Below, one piece after another: positions 1-11,253 of a DNA stretch of 64,000 bases; positions within the stretch are counted from its first letter, which is position 1, and each line of letters opens with the position of its first letter. Source of the DNA: Rhizodiscina lignyota (lineage: Eukaryota); contig ML978126.1 in NCBI GenBank assembly GCA_010015805.1, positions 992,001-1,056,000 of the forward strand. The letters are read 5' to 3'. The notes beneath the pieces were generated by a model that was given only the letters and a program-made list of their open reading frames with translations, did no database searches and was not told where the DNA came from. The translations under genes were made by a program, and so were the position numbers.

Positions 1-2200
1 GCTTGCGCAGGGCGAGATATCTCAGATGTCTTAGGGCAAGGGGTTGTGAGTTTCGGGATGCTGAGAGAGATCAAACGAGTCGATAAGGGAATAGGGGAAG
101 TTGATACCGACGGTGGCGGATTTGCTGAAAGTCCTCATAAGGGACAAAAATGCTATCAAATAAATAGCAAATACCAAAGTCTCCGATCATGCCCTCTTGA
201 AACTGTTGAATTTTGTGACTCTCTAATTGTTTCGCCACTATACGGTGTTTCGAGTATAATGGAAGAAGCTGATAGGTACTGAGAAGGATACACCCTGGCT
301 GAAGGGATAAATATCTATTCCATGCCATACTATGTCATTCTGCTTTAGAACCATTCACGAGTCTTCTTCACTACATACCCGGTGAATCTCGATAGTAGCT
401 GTGAGTCGAACAATGGCGTGTGCTCCCGCGAGCTGTCATGGATGATAGGGAAGAGGAGCTAGTGTACACGCGAGAATGAGTGATTGTCGAATTTAGGAAA
501 CAGCTGACGTGCGATCCAGAGGAGGTTAACACGCGCTGGAGCAACAGCCCTTAACTGCCTGTGGATAAGCGAGCCATCGCCATCCAGAACCTTCTCCCAA
601 ATCCTACCATCAAATGGATTACTCCCATACCACAAGACCTTCGGATGATGATGACTGTGATACTCCAATGCCCATGCCTGAAGTTGTTGCATAGTCAACT
701 CGGGCTTGTCGTAGAGCAGATCGTCCAAGCGGTTACATTGAGCAGTAAAGAAGCGGGTGAGACGGTTGAAGCTGTCCGTCGATATCGAAGTTCTGGCGCT
801 AGCCACTGCTAATGGCGCCTGATTAACTCAGCTAGCGAACAGGGTCGCTTTAGCCGCGCCTCAATCAGTAGATCTCTTCGTATAGTACTGGCGCCCACGG
901 CTGTCATCCATGGTGTGACGTCGAGTAAGGAACTGAATTCAGTGTCAATTAAAAGTGTCTCGGGCTCCTCGGCTCAGAGATAGCGGAGAAATCTAAGACA
1001 TATCTATAGGTGGCTTGATGATTCGAAGGCATCCCGGTTTGGAATCAGATCCTCCGGGTCGATAGTCACTTTAAACCAGCTCGGCTTTAACGTAGCCACA
1101 ACTTGTTCAATAGCGAATAACAATGAAGTGAAATCTACCCTCATACAAAGGTCTTTCCGGATTTGAAACTGAGTTACGTAGGGGTAACAATGTGAGCAAT
1201 GAGTAAGCAGCATGAGCTGTGGCTGAGCAGGTCTGAGTTCGCCGTGAGCGAACTTGAGCCAGCGTGATTGTGCCTGATTTTGTTCCGAGAACCTCATGCA
1301 CGATGATTGTTCCTGATTCCATCCCTGAGCATCGTGAAGAGGGCCCGAAATTGGCACCGTTAAGTCGAAAATTCGCTGGTAGTGAATCTTCCCGCCCGGC
1401 GATTTTCCTCGCTCAGCGGTTTCCCCAACTCGTGATTTTTCGCGTTCAGCGAATCTTCTCACTTTACGATCTTTCGCACTTGGCGGTTCTTCTCACTCAT
1501 TGATTATTCCCATTCAACGATCCTTCTCACCCATCGATTTTTCTCATTCCAGCCTGACTCATGGTTTTTTCCAAAGGTTATTATGTAGAAGTCATAAGCC
1601 CGGCTTCCTCTTCAGGAGCAGATCCTCAGCCTCTTCGATTTCATCCTCTTAGGCATTCCACAAAGCCATAGGTGGCAACCCGTAGTGGTCGTAAGCCCAT
1701 CTTTTCCAAACCTGCGTACGCCATCAAATGGACTGAAGCCGTCAAGCAGGACACAGATCTTATAACATTTTATTAAGTCATTCTCTTGGGGCTCGCATCC
1801 CGCGCCCGTAAGTCATATGCCATTTCTACAATCACCCCACGGCCAACTCGAGTGGGAATGCGACGCGTTCAATGAGATATCCCAGAGCCGACACGTAGGA
1901 AGAGAGCGCTGTTGTCGTCGAGTGAGATTCTGGGGTTTTAAACGGAGACACGGCGAGTGTTCGGAAGAGAGCTGGAAGTTGACGTAGCCGCTGTTTCAGA
2001 CTAGACGGGGCTCGACTTCGATCATCTAATATTGCGCACGAATATGGCAATTCTAGAGCAGGCGTGGTGGGGACTGTAGAGGGACTAAACGTCGGATAAC
2101 GCTTGTATTGCGGAAACTTGGTGTGCAGATAATACGCCTGCAACTGGCAGATTTGACAGTAATTATCACATTCGCTAAGCAGCCTTAGGTCCTAGCGCCT
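1..2200 (-). pseudogene. Degenerate (RIP-like) coding sequence of unknown family, in several fragments
   Basis: The ORF 459..806 frame continues past stops at 459, 345, 330 and 315. All four are TAG/TAA, as expected from CAG/CAA after CpA>TpA. Further protein-like fragments lie at 1004..1462, ~1580-1720 and 1832..2143. Boundaries are approximate. Confidence 0.5.
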
Positions 2201-2909
2201 GGCGCATATCCACGGGCTGGTCTGGCAGATCTGCGTCACATGCATGCTTGCTACAGTCGAACATTAAGAACGCTCACTCTTGATTGAGTAGGAATGCTGT
2301 AAGAGGACGAGATCTCCCAGGCTAAGACAAGATGATAGGATAGGCAAAGAACAGAAAAGCGAGCAAGAAACAGCTAGACCCAAAGTAGCTAGTCGTAGTT
2401 CAGCATAGGGTTATTGCAGGAGGGTTGATACGTGCAGGATGAACGAAAGGAGCACCCTCGTGGCCCCCCGGAGGAGCAGACGGACTGAGCTCCCCCAAGG
2501 GACAGTCACGGGTGACAGATCCACAGGGGCCATGCTGTGCGTTTCATTCCGCCTGCTCGAACACAAGACGTATGAACCTTGACACTAAACTTGAAACTCA
2601 AGCACTGTAGGAACTTTTCGTCCTCATGGTAGACACTGGCTGCCTGAAGATGAGCCTCTTAGGATTTTGTTGCTGCCTTCATTGTTGTCTTGGCAGTGTG
2701 GGGGAGTGTCTCCACTCCCACTAGATAAGGAAGCTGGGGCACTCTCAGCCCTCTGGCCGGCGGCTGTGCTGCGGATCTTATTCCATTTATTGGAATGTCG
2801 CTCCTCGCAAACTCAGAACTTTTATAATCTCCTGCTGTGTTTTTTTATAGTAAAAACTGATCCGTGGCCCGGTCTGTCTCGTTCACGAACGTACCCTTCT
2901 ACCGCCGAG

Positions 2910-4691
2910 ATGCCAGATCCTGCGGTGCTCCCAGCAGAGCTCTTTGATATCGTGGTTGACTTTATTGTTGAGAGCAAGGAAGATCAGAGACCACTTTGCT
3001 TGTTTTCTCTTGTCAGCCACCATTGGCACGCCATTCACACCCCTCGTCTCTACTCCAAGTTCACCCACGATGGCGATACACACTCATTCATGTCGCTCTG
3101 GAAATTTCTCCGGACAATGTTGGAGAATGAACGCCTGGCGCAATATGTTCGAGCCCTAGATATCCAATACTGGGGGCTTCATTTGAACAGTTCCGATAAT
3201 GATGGAAACCTAATGGAGGAAGATATTGCCGCTGTCCACGATGCATTTCGCATGGCAGGTATGCAGAAGTTGGCGCCGGATATCGAGGAAGCTATCCTCC
3301 AAAATGACCGAAGGCCGTTGATGGCGCTCCTCTTGACTGTCTTGCCAAACGTGGTTTCATTGCATGCTCACATACCTGAGAAAGACCCCTACCTCGCGGA
3401 AGTGCTCAGGCTATCAGTGGACCATGAAGAGAGCAAGCCTCAACCAAAAGCGCTCCAGAATCTAGAAAGCGCGCAGCTCATGAGCGAATGGCATGTCCGA
3501 CACTCTACTATTCGACAGCCCCGTGATAACTATCTCCTGGAGCTTCAGCACGTTTGGCCCATATTTCGCCTCCCAAGCCTACGGGAAGTCTCTGTTTTCA
3601 ACTTCGACCCGAGAGATGCATCAGTCTACTTTGATCACTACGCGAGAACTTCCTCCATCACGCACATGACCTTGGTCATTGACATTGATGTCAGCATCTC
3701 GGCTCGAGATGCGCACGTGCTACTCACATTACCGAGAGCGCTGATCAGCTTGAGCATCTACATCAACGATTGTTACCTGTTTCCGGAAAGACAAACTATG
3801 CAACTCTCTAATGAGGAGCTATGGCTGGGAGTGGAGTCTCATCGCGACAGCATTGAGCACTTCGACTTCTACCGTGGCTGCGGGGTTCGGCCGCCGGCGC
3901 ACAGAAAGGGTAATGGTCATTTCGGCTCGCTCAGCATGTTCACTCGACTCAATCGGCTCTGCGTCCAGCCAGAGACACTTCTCGGAGGCTGTACGGACGA
4001 CGATCCATTAGCACCGTTCCGCCTCAAAGATACATTGCCTTCTACGCTCAAGAGTCTCACATTCTATGGAGACCAAGGACTGCTTCGCAACGAGCATCTA
4101 GGAGATGAAATATGCGAAATCTTGGATGTCTCAAGCTCTATTCCACTTGCAAGCATCTTCCTCGAAGATGTCTCCGCGACAAACGCTTACTTTATCCACC
4201 CTAAAGTACTACCATATCGACAAGTGAGACAAGCATGCAGGGAAAGAAGGATCATCTACCGACGAGTCAAAGGCAGAGATGAGTGGACAGGCCATCAAAA
4301 AGCAAAGCGCAAAACACTTCTGAAAGGAGGCAGCGCGCTGCCATGTGCCAAGAAAGCTTTCAGCACGCGAGGCGAGAGGAGAGATAAATTCGAGCGTGAA
4401 GGAGAGCTTAAGAGGGCTGCTGAGCAGAGAAGGAGGAGAGAAGCGTATCTGAGTCGCGAAACTGAAGACTCCGAAGGGCTGGAGTCCGAACTGTTCGACT
4501 CTGACGACCTGAGTCTTGACGCATTTGATTCTAGCGAGTTAGATACGGACTTATACGATACAGACTCGGAGTTTTCCGACCGCATAGAGGCGCTCGATGC
4601 GGATTTAGAAGAGACAGAGTTGGAAGCGGTCGAACCGGCTACTTCGGGTTCAGACGTTTCGGATACAGATGAAGACAACGTTAGCCCGTGA
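2910..4691 (+). CDS. F-box-like / LRR-type fungal protein with long acidic C-terminal tail
   Basis: Single-exon ORF. First ATG at 2910 gives MPDPAVLPAELFDIVVDFI...LCLFSLVSHHWHAIHTPRLY (F-box-like LPxE start), followed by LxxLxL repeats and a D/E/S-rich tail. Confidence 0.7.
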   Translation: MPDPAVLPAELFDIVVDFIVESKEDQRPLCLFSLVSHHWHAIHTPRLYSKFTHDGDTHSFMSLWKFLRTMLENERLAQYVRALDIQYWGLHLNSSDNDGNLMEEDIAAVHDAFRMAGMQKLAPDIEEAILQNDRRPLMALLLTVLPNVVSLHAHIPEKDPYLAEVLRLSVDHEESKPQPKALQNLESAQLMSEWHVRHSTIRQPRDNYLLELQHVWPIFRLPSLREVSVFNFDPRDASVYFDHYARTSSITHMTLVIDIDVSISARDAHVLLTLPRALISLSIYINDCYLFPERQTMQLSNEELWLGVESHRDSIEHFDFYRGCGVRPPAHRKGNGHFGSLSMFTRLNRLCVQPETLLGGCTDDDPLAPFRLKDTLPSTLKSLTFYGDQGLLRNEHLGDEICEILDVSSSIPLASIFLEDVSATNAYFIHPKVLPYRQVRQACRERRIIYRRVKGRDEWTGHQKAKRKTLLKGGSALPCAKKAFSTRGERRDKFEREGELKRAAEQRRRREAYLSRETEDSEGLESELFDSDDLSLDAFDSSELDTDLYDTDSEFSDRIEALDADLEETELEAVEPATSGSDVSDTDEDNVSP

Positions 4692-4884
4692 TTGGTCGTA
4701 TTGCTGAAATGGCTGTGGTGGCTGCAACCTGCATTTGAAGTGCATGTGCTCTGATTATATGTAGGATTCAGAACATATATGCATGGATTACTCCTTTCGT
4801 GGGCTTACGTCGTGCTAGTGGCAGCGTACTGGCATGACGAGCTTGAACAAGGCAGGCTCAAAGTCCGGAGATAGCGGTAGATAC

Positions 4885-6060
4885 TAGAGTGAAATCTACT
4901 CTCACACAATTCATTTTCTGGACTGGACCTTAAGTTATATAGGAGGTATAATATGAGCATTAAGTAAGTAATATAAGCTGTGACTAAGTAACCCTAACCT
5001 CGCCGCGAGCCAGCGTGATTATACCTGATTCGTGCCTAAGCAACATGAAGGGGGTCTGAAATCGGGCTTAAATTAGCTTGAAGGGATGTGAGGTGTCCAG
5101 GGAGCTCCCCTCTCCTGGGAGCTTTTCTCCTTAGAACCATTCTCTCCACGGAGCCTTTTCCTCCTAGGAAGCCCGCGCTACTTAGCAACCTTCTCTTCTT
5201 GGAGCGGTTCTTCACGGAGTCCATCTCTACTTAGAGCTTACTTCTCCTAGAAGCTTCTCTCCTAGGAGCTTTCCTCTCCTGGGAGCTTTCCTCTCCTGGG
5301 AGCTTTCCTCTCCTGGGAGCTTTCCTCTCCTAGGCGACCTTCTCTACTTGGTGAGGTTCTCTCCTTAGTAAGGTTCCTCTAAGAGGCCTATTTCTCCTTA
5401 GATGAATTCTTCACGGAGCCTATCTCTACTAGGAGCATGGTTCTCCCATGAGAGTGCTCCCAGGACTTCGAGCCGCTCCGGAGAGCTGCTGCGTTCTAGC
5501 TAAGCTGCACTCCAGAGTTACTTCTCGTCTTAAAGTTCAGCATTACACTAGCAGTGCTTTGTTACGATCTATATACTTTCTTTCTCAGCCCTCCTGCATT
5601 CGTCTATAAGTACTATAGACGACACCTCCCTGAATTGTTCCAGATGGGCCGTCTTAATCACCATCTTGGCTCCCTGTACGCAGGTGCGCATCAAAAGTCC
5701 TTGCGCAAGCCTAAGGCCCAGTCGGGTATGAGTACTAGTCCTCGTTATAAGCTTTAAAGGCTCTAAGTAAAAGTAAAGGCGGATAGCTTCTTTAGATAAG
5801 ATAACTAGTAAAAATTCACTAATAGCCCCTAAGTACATAATTAAAAATGATAAAAAGACTTCACTCGCTTAAAACTACTACGCGTGGTACTTTAATTAGA
5901 TTATAAATTAATTCTAGACTTAGACTTTTAACACGCTAAATAGGTTCATAATATCTTAAGAACGGACCACGTTCTACCTCTACATGATTAATATACATGG
6001 GATAACTATCATAAACTCACGTTACACAAGTCCCGATATTATTAGGGGATAGAAAAACCG
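4885..6060 (-). repeat. RIP-damaged paralogous copy of the ~1125-1560 sequence, grading into AT/TpA-rich DNA
   Basis: 4888-5080 aligns with 1125-1380 (gtgaaatctac..., gagccagcgtgatt(g/a)t(g/a)cctgatt; PISGPLHDAQ vs PISDPLHVA*), with many G>A/C>T differences. 5740-6060 is TpA-rich. Confidence 0.7.
5264..5331. repeat. 17-bp tandem repeat (G/A)GGAGCTTTCCTCTCCT x4, with degenerate copies from ~5100 to 5460
   Basis: Units read directly at 5264, 5281, 5298 and 5315. Confidence 0.9.
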
Positions 6061-6528
6061 GGAGCTAGAGGGACCAGAATCAGGACCGGAACCAGGACAA
6101 GGAACACGAAGGGACTTAAGCCTGAGGAGCCTGAGGCAACATGATTTGGATCATGAGCCAGCCCCGCGCAAGCCCAAGTAACCGTGATTAAGGCTGAGTA
6201 GAAATGAGCCGGGGTTGAGCCGGGGTTGAGCCGAGCATGATTTGCTGATGTAATGTGCTAAAATCGACTAACCTGGTGAGTACTTGAAATTTTCAAGTAA
6301 TTCCACGCAGGAGTCGTCGAAGTTTTGAACTTGGGTTATCAGGTTTTCACTGAGGTATTTAGTTTGCTTATTGATATAACGCTTCGCCAAACGTTGATAT
6401 TCTCGTGTATGCTCGAATGAACGAATGATCAAGCTTTCATAGATAGTCTTACTGACTTTGAAGAGTAAGAGCCGTATATTCTTAGCTGTTACCGTTTGCC
6501 TGGCTGCTGTTGGACTGCAGAGTGAACT

Positions 6529-8179
6529 TCATTGATGGCCCACAGAGTTTGAGTTGTCCGCGCAGGAAAAAGCAGCGGAACCCCCAGAGGCTTTGTAAGA
6601 GTCAATGATGCCAACGATAGATCCGTAAGTACCAGCAATCATCAAGAAACTCCCGGAAACAACGACGAAGATACTCCACCAGACCATCAACCTCCATTTA
6701 GTGGTTCGCTCGGCCTTCCCCTTTCTCCAGTTATCATAGAGCCACATGCAGCCCATCGGCTGGAAGGACAAGAGTGTCCCAAGAAGAGCACCGATGAGCG
6801 AAACGAGGCCTCCGAAAACGGGGATGGAGCTGGCGATAATATAGGCGACCGCAGCGATGCTAAAATTGCAGCCAAACCATATTCCCCAGTGGAGGAAGGT
6901 GGGCTGGGTGAGATGTTTGCTGCCTCGCAGGAGTCGGACGAAAATGTACTTGCTAGGCAACTGTAACGTTGTTAGCACACAGCGCATATGAGATTTGGGA
7001 GTGGTTGTCTGCTAACGTGAATGACAAGCGTCGTAGTCACCAACAAACCCGGCATGGCAAAACCATAGCAGACCTTCTTCATGACTGCTCCAGCGGAGCC
7101 AAGGGCCGGCGAAGCAACGTAAGAACCGCAGTAGTAGTAAACCACGCAGCCAATTGCAATGTAGGTAGCAGTCACTCCAGATTGGCAGATTATCAGCGAC
7201 CGAGTGTAGTGGCGAGGGTCCCGCATCTCTGAGACGATTGAGAAGAAAGCCGGCGTGCCTGCATACGCAAAGACCAGAGAGGAGAGTGCGGAGCTGGCGT
7301 CTGCAAAGGACGGACTTTTGGCGAGTCTATAGTCAGAGACCCAAGGACCGGTTTGTGGTGCAGCAGAAGGGCGGTCTTGAACGCCAACCGCGATGGTGAG
7401 AGTCATGACTGTTTAGGATGTTAGAACTCACAGCCAACGAGCCTCCAGAAAGAGAACCTACTCGCAGTGATAATACATGTCAGTCCTACCCATGCAAGCC
7501 AACTGATTCGACCGAGAGTCTGGATGCTGGCAAGCAGGAAGCCTGCGATGGCGGCAACAGCGACGAAAGCTGCGGTACATGCGCCATGGGTCGAGACTGC
7601 GTTCAGGCCGATGGAAATACCGAGCATACCGGAGCCGGCGACAAAAACCCAATCTATGGTGAAGTCAGAGAGGGACATCCCCAGCAATTGGAGTGTGCAC
7701 TGACAAAGGCAGAAGGCCGTTCCAAAAACGATGCGACCAATTTGACCAAACATCAACCCGCCAGCGTCGTCGATACTGTAGACTTCACGATGGCGAAGCT
7801 TGAAAATACCGACCATATAGTCCGACCAGGTAGTTATCACAGCGATTGTGATGAGGCAAATAACGCCTGGAATCAGGCCCAAAACGTCGAAGACGGCCGG
7901 AATGGACAGCACGCCGAGACCAATCTGGGTTTTCATCATGAGCGCAACCGTTCCTAGCTATCCGACCTAGAAAGTTTTAGTTAATCTAAATTCCCCATAC
8001 TCCAAGGTACTCACATTGCGGTAATTGGGCCCTTTCTCTGTGATTTCGCCAAAGACGGCGTCGCGAGCAACAGTATCTGAGCCATCATAGACTTCGCCTT
8101 CCTTCGTGGTGGGAACGAGACCCAGCTCGTTACCGTCACCTTTGATTGCTTTGTCGGAGACCTGGAACGTATGAGACAT
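6529..8179 (-). CDS. Neutral amino acid permease (Aa_trans, Mtr-like), multi-exon
   Basis: Exons include DAVFGEITEKGPNYRNV, MMKTQIGLGVLSIP, FAYAGTPAFFSIVSEMRDPRHY and the C-terminal SAAFSCADNSNS typical of this fungal family. Confidence 0.92.
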
Positions 8180-8229
8180 TTTGCAAATGAGCACAGAGGA
8201 AGTGGTGCATTACGGTATTTCGCTCCAAT

Positions 8230-8541
8230 TTATCAGGGGCTGCTGGGAATTATAATCTTGCCTGGGCCCGCCCACTCGACGTCGGGTGGCAACTATAGAA
8301 CAAGTTTGGGCTATTCGCGTTTCCGAGCCGGGTATGCCTGCAAAGGCTCTGCATTATCTAAAGGTTTCCAAGATTGCGGGGGTGGAGCATGAAGTGAAGG
8401 AGATCTGGGGAAGTTATCACTCGGAAGCGCCGCCGATTATCAAAGCTTCCAGGGGTCAGGGGTCAGATTCTCACGGGACCGCGTCCGATGCGACATTAAT
8501 TTGTTCGGAATCTCACTCCCCTCCCCGGGAGACTGCGATAA
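8230..8541 (-). promoter_or_regulatory. Cluster of GATA (AreA-type) and SYGGRG (CreA-type) motifs upstream of the permease
   Basis: TTATCH at 8230, 8354, 8414 and 8437, CGATAA at 8536; GCGGGG 8376, GTGGAG 8382, CTGGGG 8405. These are short motifs, so function is inferred. Confidence 0.4.
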
Positions 8542-8855
8542 CTCCATTCACACCTTCTCGGAGCCGTAAGATGAAATCTTGCGAACTTTGCAAAAGGAAA
8601 AAGGCTGTACTCGCTCTCCAAAGGGTACATTCAACGTCATGGTATGTAGACAATGTCCAGCATATGGTAGGAAAGGTCGACTGGAATTAGTAGTTTTCTC
8701 TCGATGTCAACTTTGTGCGAGTGCAACTATTTTTATTTTGTAAATGGTCTTAAATTAAATATCGTTTTTGCAGCTCGTCGCTTCCACAAACGGTCGATCA
8801 GAGACCCGTAACCTGTGAACGAGAATAGATATACGATATATCTCAATTGCCCAAA

Positions 8856-10352
8856 TCAAGCGTATCTGCCCGTCAACCTGCGAAATAGCTCTTTCCTGAA
8901 TTCTGCGGCGCCCACACTCATTCCAGACGCAGCACCTCGATTTTCGACAAGCCTGCGGGTCAAATATTGCATGCATTCCTGAATACTGCCCCAAGTCAGA
9001 CATTTGTAAACTTTAGGGGTATATCTGTCAGCTGGCGGTGAAGTGCTCTGTTTTTTGACATCGTCTGCCATCTGAAGAAGCTCGCATCCGATGTCTTCGG
9101 CCATGCCCTGAAGCTGCCCAAACTCTGGTACGACTTTTAATTTAGATTGAGCTGCGAGACTAGATGCCAGTCGAGTTGCTCTCCGAATGCTCTCGGAGTT
9201 GTGCCCTGCCAGTAGCAGGTCAAGGTTTGTATCCTGGCGGTTTACCAATGCTGGAAAATGTCCACGGAGAACGTCCTCCACGATGCCATTGTACGACGCA
9301 TCTGTGTCTGCCTTTGTATCGTGGATCCTGTCGCGGATGTCATTGTTGATATAAGCGCCTCGAACAAGCTTAATACCCAAACGCCACCCTTCCTTCTGGG
9401 AAAGCTCCAGCTGGTGTTGAAGCTTGCCCCGTGACGATTTGAGGTAAGCCTGGATTGTGTTGTATATCAGAGCTTGCTTACCCGGGCGATTGTGGCGACG
9501 CATTAAGTCGAAAGTCCATTGATCTATGGTTTTCTGCAAGACTTGTTGCTCTGCATCGATCCATATGCGGCAACCTTTAGAGGCGGCTCGGTCGCATATC
9601 CTATCCATGGCCTCAACGAACTTCGACGGAGCTGCCCCACCTTGCAAAAGGGCTTCTGTTATGCGTGGCCCAGCACCCGTGTACCTAAGAGTGTGTTGGT
9701 GTCGTCATTCTATGATGCGAGGGAAATATCGACATCAGACTTACTTGATGCCTAGCCAGTCTCCTTCTCCGATCATATCCAAAGTCAAAAGATTTCCATT
9801 TGCCCACTGATCAATTTCCGCCTCCATCGTATCCACTGAGCTATTGGCATAGCCTACCAACCTGTTTCCCCCCTGGACTTGGACTTCTTTGCCGTAACAA
9901 AGCACGACGCCAGAGAATCCAAGGCGTCTAATCTCGGATGATGTTTGCGCGATTTCCGCTTGGTTCCTGCCGGCGCAAAATTGCTTTTAGATTAACGGAT
10001 GGATGGCAGCCCGAAGCAATGGATTTCGATCCGGATTAAGCCATGCTGATTTAGAGTTCGCAATCTTCTCGAAGATATAAAATGCTGGCCTGAAGAGCAC
10101 CGGAGAGGTGAAAAAGGCGCTTAACAGCAAATTTCGAACAATACTCGATGTTGACAGCCGTGCTAAAGGGGGCCTGGAAAAGCCATCGGGCCTTGCAGCA
10201 CTAATATTTGGGGCTTCCTTGGCCACAATGGTGTCGATGGGCTTCTGCGTGCTCAGAGACGCCTGTGGCCTGCGTTGGGTGCTCTGGAGATTTAGAGGTG
10301 GTCGGATCTTCAGGAATGTCCTAGTGCTAGTTTTGATGACAGACGAAGCCAT
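8856..10352 (-). pseudogene. put1: Proline dehydrogenase (Put1/PrnD-like) with mitochondrial-type N-terminus and one in-frame TAA
   Basis: Motifs QFCAG, IWIDAEQ, YNTIQAYL, GIKLVRGAY, FGQLQGMA and YLTRRLVEN; intron 9744..9685. TAA at 9987-9989 in HPLI*KQFCAG, a position usually Tyr. Confidence 0.8.
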
Positions 10353-11253
10353 GCTGGTTGACAATTCGACAGGTGTTGGTTGCAAATGAAACTGTTTAGT
10401 TACTTTATAAGCGTTAGATAGGATAGACCTCTCGGCCTGAGGACCGGTGATGTAGATATAAACGGCTACAAACGGCTCTGGTTAAGGCCACGCGCGGTTA
10501 TGTTCTCCGTCGAATCTACTGGCGACTCCAATGCATTGTGAGCAAGGTTGAGATTAGGTGTACACTATTCATTAATCTACACCGTCTGCACGTCGCCGCG
10601 CAGTATGTCCGCGTTGTACTCAAAGCCTTAAAGGCCGATCAGAGCATGTTGAAATTGTCAGAGCATCTGTGTCGGTTAACGAAAGGAACGTACAACCTTT
10701 TCCACAATGGCTCTTTCCCCGCAGATCACCGGGATCCACTATATCTAAATGGCCAGTTAGTTGGAGGCACATGCAAAGAGGGGAGGTTGGTCAAGGCCGT
10801 GTCGGTTATCGAGGACTTCTAGATCAAGCTACATGATGTCTGCGGGATGTGCATTTCCAATCATTTCGTAATATCAATTGAAGATAGGCGAGGCCTTCCG
10901 CAACGTATACCGTGTTCCGTTTCTCGGGCTGACATCCGTAGCGTCCACGGCGGGAGTCTGTCGGCCACAGTTCGCAACTCCGCTTGTTACAGCTGTTTGA
11001 TTCATCGAAAGAAATAATCTCCAAGATGGAGATCAATTTATAGAGTACCGGGAACATAACCGTTCTTCATGCATTTCTTCCGCATCGTCTGTAAGCGGGG
11101 AAGGTCTTGCTGTAATCAGCATTGGCTCATGGCGTGAACATGAGAACATCGACAAGCAATCGAAAAATCCATTGTGCTGTGCTAGCCATAAACAGTTCAT
11201 TGTAAATGCATATCGACGAGTCTAGATTTAAGGCCTAAGTATCTGGTACAAGA

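Noticed and set aside
2667..2909. N-terminal extensions from TTG/GTG or far-upstream starts in the ORF track (also 17254, 20009, 21641, 22741, 27961)
   Set aside because: Family-like sequence begins only at the downstream ATG in each case.
5100..5460. Regularly repeated 17-mer as a possible CRISPR array
   Set aside because: Units are head-to-tail with no unique spacers, the context is eukaryotic and there are no cas genes. It is a minisatellite.
1..6300. Calling the left region a Starship or LTR element
   Set aside because: No captain recombinase, gag/pol, paired termini or target duplication is visible in the window. Kept only as a hypothesis.
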